Under the pieces are notes generated by a model. It had not been told where the DNA came from. It saw only the letters and a program-made list of their open reading frames with translations, and ran no database searches. Of a stretch of DNA of 23,003 bases, positions 17,526 through 23,003 are shown piece by piece; position 1 is the first letter of the stretch, and every line of letters starts with the position of its first letter. This stretch comes from Calditrichaceae bacterium. Lineage in GTDB: Bacteria > Calditrichota > Calditrichia > Calditrichales > JBFXGD01. The translations under genes and the position numbers were made by a program. The stretch spans positions 1-23,003 of the forward strand of contig JBFXGD010000042.1 of the NCBI GenBank assembly GCA_050178385.1. Reading direction: 5' to 3'.

Positions 17526-18393
17526 CTAAAGCCTCCAGAATTACCTTTGCGTTGTAGCGGATTAAATCTGAATAATTGACACGGCCTTCAACGCCGCCCA
17601 ATGGATCGAGAAATACAATTTTAGCGCCTGTGGATTCCGCCACTACCTCAGCGGCCCGGTTTGGCAGTTGTTTTTGTGTCAGAATCACTCTGATGCGTTC
17701 TTTCCGCATAAGTGAAATTACGCCCTTCAGCGTCTTCGGCGTTGGTTCTTTGCCCGGAATGGTTTCAATGGCGCCGGCGATTTTAATCTGATATCTGTTG
17801 CAGAAATACTGCATAAACGGATGAGCAATAAATACGTTCGCGCCTTTAACCGGCTTTAGCATCTCTTCGATTTCCGAATTCAGTGAATCGAGTTTAACGG
17901 CAAAACGTTCTGAGTTGGTCCGATATTTTTCTTTTCCCTTTGGATCCAACTCCGATAGTTTTGCCGCCAATGACGGAAGCAATGCCTTCACCGCCAGAGG
18001 ATCGAGCCAAAAATGTGGATCAATATCTCCCGAATGACCATGATCATGGTCCCGCACAATCATTTTAAGCCGATAGGAATCGGGTAAAAAATCCATTAAT
18101 TGGATTTTGTTTTCTGACGGAATTCTTGAAACCCAGCCGTCCAGTTCGGGTGATCCGTAAATAAGCGCCGTTGCCTTCTCAATCTCTCTCAAATGTGACG
18201 GCCGCAGTTCAAAGGTGTGAGGTGACGCTCCTGCCGGCAACAAGGCGTTAACCGCTTCTCTTTCACCCGACACTTCACGGATGATTTCAGCAAACGGATG
18301 GATGGATGTCACATATCTAGATTGCGCGTAAGAATTATTGAATGCTCCGGTCAAAATTAAAACCGATATTAAAAATAAATACAGCTTTTTCAT
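17518..18393 (-). CDS. znuA: Zn ABC transporter substrate-binding protein (cluster A-I)
   Basis: Signal peptide; metal ligands in SPHTFE, DPHFWLDP, AHPFMQYF, LDPLG; short His loop DHDHGH. Three His ligands favour Zn over Mn. Confidence 0.92.
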   Translation of the reverse strand: MKKLYLFLISVLILTGAFNNSYAQSRYVTSIHPFAEIIREVSGEREAVNALLPAGASPHTFELRPSHLREIEKATALIYGSPELDGWVSRIPSENKIQLMDFLPDSYRLKMIVRDHDHGHSGDIDPHFWLDPLAVKALLPSLAAKLSELDPKGKEKYRTNSERFAVKLDSLNSEIEEMLKPVKGANVFIAHPFMQYFCNRYQIKIAGAIETIPGKEPTPKTLKGVISLMRKERIRVILTQKQLPNRAAEVVAESTGAKIVFLDPLGGVEGRVNYSDLIRYNAKVILEALGE

Positions 18394-18621
18394 GTTTCTC
18401 CAAAAAGTCTTTTATTGATGATGAAATCAAATAAAATTTTAAGTGCATCAATTTAACAAAAATATGAAATATTGCAACCAAATAAGAATTTTACTATTTA
18501 AATGATTTGATATATTTATGAAGATGGCCGGAATAAAATCGCTTGCAAGTATTGTTCTTTTCCCTAAATTGTTTAAAAACTTAATAAATGTAGATATAAA
18601 TATTAAGCGGAGATCAAATTC

Positions 18622-19209
18622 ATGCGATTATTAAAGCTCTCAACCTTGACGCTGTTTAGCTTACTGATTTTAATGTCATGCGGTACGAAAGAAAACAAAG
18701 AATCCGGCGCTCCCGCGGCATCTGCACCCGATGGTGAAGTCATTTATACCGCGCCTAACGGCTGGGTCGCGCAAACCCCCGGCAGTTCGTTCAGAAAGGC
18801 AGAATATGCTCTTCCCGGTATGGATGGCAAGGATGCGGCAGATCTGGGTGTATTCTTTTTCCCCGGAACCGGTGGCTCTGTTCAGGATAATTTAGAGCGA
18901 TGGTACGGTCAGATAAAACAGCCGGATGGATCATCAACATCCGCCAAGGCGGAGATTAAGAAAATTAGTGTCGGTAGTCTACCTGTAACCATGGTCTACG
19001 TGACAGGAACCTATATGAAATCCAGCTCCGGAATGATGATGGGCGGACCGGTTGATGAACTACCCGGATACGCGATGCTTGCAGCGATAGTTGAAACAGC
19101 TAATGGTCCCTGGTTTTTTAAGATCACCGGACCACAGGAAACAGTTGATTATTGGCGACCGACTTTTGGAAAATTTGTCAACACATTTAGAATTAAGAAA
19201 ACATCCTAA
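18622..19209 (+). CDS. Uncharacterised lipoprotein
   Basis: Lipobox LILMS-C; GGAG RBS; conserved-looking blocks PNGW, GGSVQDNLERWYGQ, WFFKITGP; Met-rich loop YMKSSSGMMMGG. Confidence 0.82.
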   Translation: MRLLKLSTLTLFSLLILMSCGTKENKESGAPAASAPDGEVIYTAPNGWVAQTPGSSFRKAEYALPGMDGKDAADLGVFFFPGTGGSVQDNLERWYGQIKQPDGSSTSAKAEIKKISVGSLPVTMVYVTGTYMKSSSGMMMGGPVDELPGYAMLAAIVETANGPWFFKITGPQETVDYWRPTFGKFVNTFRIKKTS

Positions 19210-19257
19210 CCGGATACGATGTTCACTTATTAAAAAAAGATTCCTGATTATGAATTT

Positions 19258-19300
19258 ATGTCTGCATCGTGTGTAATAAGCATGACGCAGACATTTTTTT
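19258..19300 (+). terminator. Intrinsic terminator after the lipoprotein gene
   Basis: ATGTCTGC-ATCGTG...CATGAC-GCAGACAT: an 8-bp perfect stem plus an imperfect extension, followed by T6. Confidence 0.75.
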
Positions 19301-19413
19301 ATTCAGTCAATTTGATTTTTTAGTTTAAAAACAATTAAGTACAATAGATATAACGCCTTAAGCGTAATTCTGATGTCCCCTTTTTATTTTTATAAAAAAA
19401 AATAAAAAATTAC

Positions 19414-19443
19414 TTGTTTCACAAGCATTACTGTTTTTATATT
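19414..19443 (+). promoter_or_regulatory. Possible sigma70 promoter of the rrf2-cydAB operon
   Basis: TTGTTT-N18-TATATT preceded by A-tracts; the AT-rich context makes a chance match possible. Confidence 0.3.
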
Positions 19444-19503
19444 AAACCATACAGGTAATATATTATTATTTCAGTAATACAGTACTTTCCAGGTATTATA
19501 TAA

Positions 19504-19947
19504 ATGACATCATTTATTAAAAGAGAATATGATTACGCCATTCGAATCTGCGCTTACCTGGCCGGTCAGGCGCCGGAGACGATTGTGCCATTATCCCAAA
19601 TCTCAAAAAGGCTCTTTATCTCAAGACCGTTCGCCAGTAAAATCGTCTATCAATTAATAAAAAAGCAGATTCTTGCCTCGGTTCAGGGAAAATATGGAGG
19701 AATCTATCTGGCCTGCGATCCGCGTGATTTATCCGTACTTGATATACTTATCTCAATGGGATTTGATCATCATATTAATGAATGTGTTGAAAACCTGACG
19801 GCATGTCCTCTCAGCAATAATTGTAAAATTCATAATTTTTTTGTTCATCAGGAAGCCATGCTGCTTGATAATTTCAAAAATAAAAAATTAAATGAACTGG
19901 CTTTTTCAAACAAAGATTTATCAATTGAAAAATCAGTGTGCCGTTAA
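19504..19947 (+). CDS. Rrf2-family transcriptional regulator with three Cys (probable Fe-S binding; IscR/NsrR-like)
   Basis: DYAIRICAYLA, SVQGKYGGIYLA...LSVLDIL, and C-X6-C-X5-C (ECVENLTACPLSNNCKIH). Confidence 0.92.
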   Translation: MTSFIKREYDYAIRICAYLAGQAPETIVPLSQISKRLFISRPFASKIVYQLIKKQILASVQGKYGGIYLACDPRDLSVLDILISMGFDHHINECVENLTACPLSNNCKIHNFFVHQEAMLLDNFKNKKLNELAFSNKDLSIEKSVCR

Positions 19948-19985
19948 AAATCTACTTCTGAATTAATACACTGAAAGGAGGCAAA

Positions 19986-21332
19986 ATGGATGTTCTCATG
20001 CTGTCCCGCTGGCAGTTTGCAGTCACCACTGTTTATCATTTTTTCTTTGTGCCTTTAACCCTTGGCTTATCTATTATGGTCGCCATTATGGAAACCATGT
20101 ATGTCCGGACCGGAAATGAAGTTTATCTGCGAATGACAAAATTCTGGGGCAAATTATTTCTGATTAATTTCGTAATGGGAGTCGTTACTGGACTTGTCCA
20201 GGAGTTTCAGTTCGGAATGAACTGGTCTGAATATTCCAGATTTGTAGGCGATATTTTCGGCGCTCCTCTGGCCATCGAAGCGCTGCTGGCTTTCTTCCTG
20301 GAATCCACCTTTCTTGGCGTCTGGATTTTCGGATGGGAGAGACTCTCCAAAAAGATACACGCGGCAACGATCTGGATTGTCGCTATCGGCTCAAATCTCT
20401 CCGCCTTATGGATACTGATCGCCAATTCTTTTATGCAGGAGCCGGTCGGTTATGTTGTCAGAAACGGCCGGGCTGAGATGGTTGATTTTTTAGCACTCAT
20501 CGTCAATCCGCATGTATGGGTTCAGTTCCCCCATGTGTTTTTCGCCGGGATTTCAACCGCGGCGTTTTTTGTCCTTGGTATCAGCGCATACCATCTTCTC
20601 AAAAAAAGTGATGATATTGAAGTATTTCAGAAATCTTTTAATATGAGTGTGGTTTACGGACTTATTGGATCAGTTCTTGTCGCCCTGCTCGGTCATACAC
20701 AGATGCAGCACATGGTGGTTGAACAACCCATGAAAGTCGCGGCCGCCGAAGCACTCTGGGAAAGCGCAGATCCCGCCGCGTTGTCTTTATTCACGGTCGG
20801 TGATGAAGTGGAAAGGAAAGATATTTTCGCCATACATGTTCCAAGACTGCTTTCGATTCTTGCCTATAACAGTTTTGACGGAGAAGTTAAAGGAATTAGA
20901 AACCTGCAAGCCGAGTATGAACAAAAATACGGACCGGGAGATTATGTACCTCCGGTCATCATTACATACTGGACTTTCCGGATTATGGTCGGCGCAGGCA
21001 CCGTTATGATTCTGATCATCCTCTATGCTCTTTATTTTGTTCTCACCAAACGGTTTGATATCAAGCCGGTTTACCTGAAAATTTTTATACTGTCGCTTTT
21101 CCTGCCCTATATCGCAAACTCCGCGGGATGGATATTAACCGAAGTCGGACGGCAGCCCTGGGTGGTATTCGGATTGATGAAAACAGCCGATGCGGTTTCA
21201 CCGACGGTTACCGGCGGTGAAGTTTTATTCTCCCTGATTGTTTTTACCTTATTATATGGAGCACTAATGGCCGTGGATATTTATTTGCTGAAAAAATACG
21301 CTCTGTCGGGCACAAAACAATTAAACCATTAA
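19986..21332 (+). CDS. cydA: Cytochrome bd quinol oxidase subunit I (short Q-loop type)
   Basis: LSRWQFAVTTVYHFFFVPLT, EFQFGMNWS, AFFLESTF, QPMKVAAAE, GWILTEVGRQPW; AAGGAGG RBS; 448 aa. Confidence 0.98.
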   Translation: MDVLMLSRWQFAVTTVYHFFFVPLTLGLSIMVAIMETMYVRTGNEVYLRMTKFWGKLFLINFVMGVVTGLVQEFQFGMNWSEYSRFVGDIFGAPLAIEALLAFFLESTFLGVWIFGWERLSKKIHAATIWIVAIGSNLSALWILIANSFMQEPVGYVVRNGRAEMVDFLALIVNPHVWVQFPHVFFAGISTAAFFVLGISAYHLLKKSDDIEVFQKSFNMSVVYGLIGSVLVALLGHTQMQHMVVEQPMKVAAAEALWESADPAALSLFTVGDEVERKDIFAIHVPRLLSILAYNSFDGEVKGIRNLQAEYEQKYGPGDYVPPVIITYWTFRIMVGAGTVMILIILYALYFVLTKRFDIKPVYLKIFILSLFLPYIANSAGWILTEVGRQPWVVFGLMKTADAVSPTVTGGEVLFSLIVFTLLYGALMAVDIYLLKKYALSGTKQLNH

Positions 21333-21350
21333 CGAATAGAGAGAAAAATT

Positions 21351-22364
21351 ATGGATCTGAATATAATCTGGTTTTTATTAATAGCCGTCCTTTTTATCGG
21401 TTTCTTTTTTCTCGAAGGATTTGACTACGGCGTCGGTATTCTTCTCCCGTTTATCGCGAAAGACGATCGTACACGCCGGGTTGTAATCAACACTATCGGT
21501 CCTTTTTGGGATGGCAATGAAGTATGGCTTATTACCGCGGGAGGAGCGATGTTTGCCGCTTTTCCGCACTGGTATGCCACTATGTTCAGCGGATTCTATA
21601 TTGCGCTTGTGCTTATGCTCGTGGCCCTGATTGTCCGCGGTGTCGCTTTTGAATTCCGAAGTAAAGACAAAAATCCCGCCTGGCGCGCGACATGGGACTG
21701 GATGTTGTTTATCGGTAGTTTTGTGCCGGCTCTGTTGTGGGGCGTCGCCATGGCAAATCTGTTACGGGGAATTCCGATTGACGCCACAAAAAATTATGTG
21801 GGCGGTTTCTTGGATTTGCTTAACCCATATGCTCTTGTGGGCGGACTCGCTTCTCTCACGCTTTTCACTCTTCACGGGGCGATTTACCTTAATCTGAAAA
21901 CAGTTGATGATCTGAAGGAACGCGCGCGAAAATTCGCGATGAAACTCTGGCTGCCGGTGGTGATCATTCTTTTTGTTTTTGTGATCATGGGCTATTTCGA
22001 GACTGACATGTTCACCAGACTTGGTATAAATCCCGGTGTCAGTCCTGTCATCGCTGGCGCCGCGCTCTTATTCAGCTACTGGTTCCTTAAAAACGATAAT
22101 GGCGGCTGGGCTTTTGTCATGACCGGAATGACGATCGTATTTTCAACCGTCACCATTTTTATGGGACTTTTTCCCAGGGTGATGGTCTCAAGCATCAGCG
22201 ACACCTTTTCGCTGACCATTTACAACGCGTCATCAACACCATATACCCTGAAAATTATGAGCATTATCGCACTGTTCTTCGTACCTGTGGTTTTGTTATA
22301 TCAGGGCTGGACTTATTGGGTGTTTAGAAACAGGATCAGCCATAAGTCGGATCTTGAATATTGA
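21351..22364 (+). CDS. cydB: Cytochrome bd quinol oxidase subunit II
   Basis: LEGFDYGVG, IGPFWDGNEVWLITAGGAMFAAFPHWYAT, RGVAFEFR, YQGWTYWVF. Confidence 0.98.
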   Translation: MDLNIIWFLLIAVLFIGFFFLEGFDYGVGILLPFIAKDDRTRRVVINTIGPFWDGNEVWLITAGGAMFAAFPHWYATMFSGFYIALVLMLVALIVRGVAFEFRSKDKNPAWRATWDWMLFIGSFVPALLWGVAMANLLRGIPIDATKNYVGGFLDLLNPYALVGGLASLTLFTLHGAIYLNLKTVDDLKERARKFAMKLWLPVVIILFVFVIMGYFETDMFTRLGINPGVSPVIAGAALLFSYWFLKNDNGGWAFVMTGMTIVFSTVTIFMGLFPRVMVSSISDTFSLTIYNASSTPYTLKIMSIIALFFVPVVLLYQGWTYWVFRNRISHKSDLEY

Positions 22365-22457
22365 TATTGATGTAAATTCAATTTCTGAATGACTCCTGCG
22401 GCCCGAAGTTAATAATTAAAAATGTGGAGCCGTTCAGACAGATTAGGATTCTTGCAG

Positions 22458-22492
22458 ATTTGCGGTATGATTTTTTCATACCGCAAATTTTT
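22458..22492 (+). terminator. Strong hairpin/terminator between cydB and cydD
   Basis: Perfect 13-bp stem ATTTGCGGTATGA-TTTTT-TCATACCGCAAAT followed by TTTT. Confidence 0.75.
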
Positions 22493-22521
22493 ATCTAAAA
22501 CCTTTACAGCAAATATAATAC

Positions 22522-23003
22522 ATGAAATTTGACAGACGATTATTAAAATTTTTATCCGAAGTGCGTTTTCCGCTGTTTCTGACGATTTTTTTGGGATTAT
22601 CCGCTGGAATACTGACCATCGGTCAGGCAAAGTACATCAGCATGATCATCGATGACGTATTTCTGAAGGGCATCGGCCTTCCCGGTGTCTCCGGTCTGCT
22701 TTTCATATTTGCGGTGATAAGCATCCTGCGCGCCTTTTTTATCTGGTTCAGCCAGAGCGAAAGCAATCGAATTGCTCTATATATAAAAGCCAGGCTTCGG
22801 AAAAAACTTGGTGAAAAAATCTTAAACGCCGGTCCATCATACGTGACCGGAGAACGCAGCGGCGAATTAAGCAACACTATCCTGAACGGAGTCGAAGCTC
22901 TTGACGCCTATTTCAGCAAGTACATTCCTCAGTTATTCCTATCCGTTCTGATTCCTGTTGCCAGTTTATTTTTTATTTTCCCGGCCGATCTGTTATCCGG
23001 AGT
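22522..23003 (+). CDS. cydD: CydD ABC exporter subunit, 3'-truncated (absent from the ORF track)
   Basis: Manual translation MKFDRRLLKFLSEVRFPLFLTIFLG...QAKYISMIIDDVFL...GERSGELSNTILNGVEALDAYFSKYIPQLFLSVLIP, open to the window end; typical CydD N-terminal TM domain, downstream of cydAB. Confidence 0.93.
   Translation, partial: MKFDRRLLKFLSEVRFPLFLTIFLGLSAGILTIGQAKYISMIIDDVFLKGIGLPGVSGLLFIFAVISILRAFFIWFSQSESNRIALYIKARLRKKLGEKILNAGPSYVTGERSGELSNTILNGVEALDAYFSKYIPQLFLSVLIPVASLFFIFPADLLSG

Noticed and set aside
3..18393. Idea that the NRPS makes a zincophore imported by the znu operon
   Set aside because: The loci are separated by an unrelated 7-kb block; ZnuA is a free-ion cluster A-I binder; no TonB-dependent receptor or chelator-tailoring gene is visible in the window.
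18415..18430. FNR-like box TTGAT-N6-ATCAA upstream of znuA
   Set aside because: The spacer is 6 nt, whereas FNR requires 4.
22422..22532. 36-aa ORF after cydB as a possible CydX/CydS small subunit
   Set aside because: No RBS, no clean TM helix or CydX-like motif; it runs through the terminator hairpin and overlaps the cydD start.
31..22877. Many short alternative-frame and antisense ORFs in the ORF track (e.g. 2825-3238, 5031-5489, 10224-10652, 22623-22877)
   Set aside because: They overlap well-supported genes and show no recognisable motifs; they are shadow ORFs.
1..23003. CRISPR arrays, tRNA/rRNA genes, transposases or integrases, defence systems
   Set aside because: No regularly spaced repeats or recognisable motifs were seen by eye; intergenic gaps are short and largely explained by promoters and terminators.

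Overview
Bacterial chromosomal window with four blocks. (1) 1-8122: the 3' end of a non-ribosomal peptide synthetase cluster. It holds a 5'-truncated terminal NRPS (E-C(DCL)-A-T-TE), an MFS exporter, MbtH, a type II thioesterase and an Sfp-type PPTase. (2) 8230-15500: a tightly packed four-gene signalling operon (lipoprotein; GAF + sigma54 enhancer-binding protein; membrane Ser/Thr kinase with PEGA-like repeats; exported helical protein). It is followed by a consensus sigma54 -24/-12 promoter with candidate enhancer and IHF sites, in front of a large secreted repeat protein with a FlgD-Ig/T9SS-type C-terminal domain. This block is the best candidate for an undescribed system. (3) 15499-18393 (minus strand): znuA-znuC-znuB-zur zinc uptake operon, divergent from an uncharacterised lipoprotein. 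(4) 19504-23003: Rrf2 Fe-S regulator, cydA, cydB, a structured intergenic region and the start of cydD, which the ORF track missed. The C-terminal sorting domain style suggests an FCB-related lineage such as Calditrichota, KSB1 or Ignavibacteria; this is an inference only. No RNA genes, CRISPR arrays or mobile elements were recognised. All calls come from manual motif reading, without database searches.
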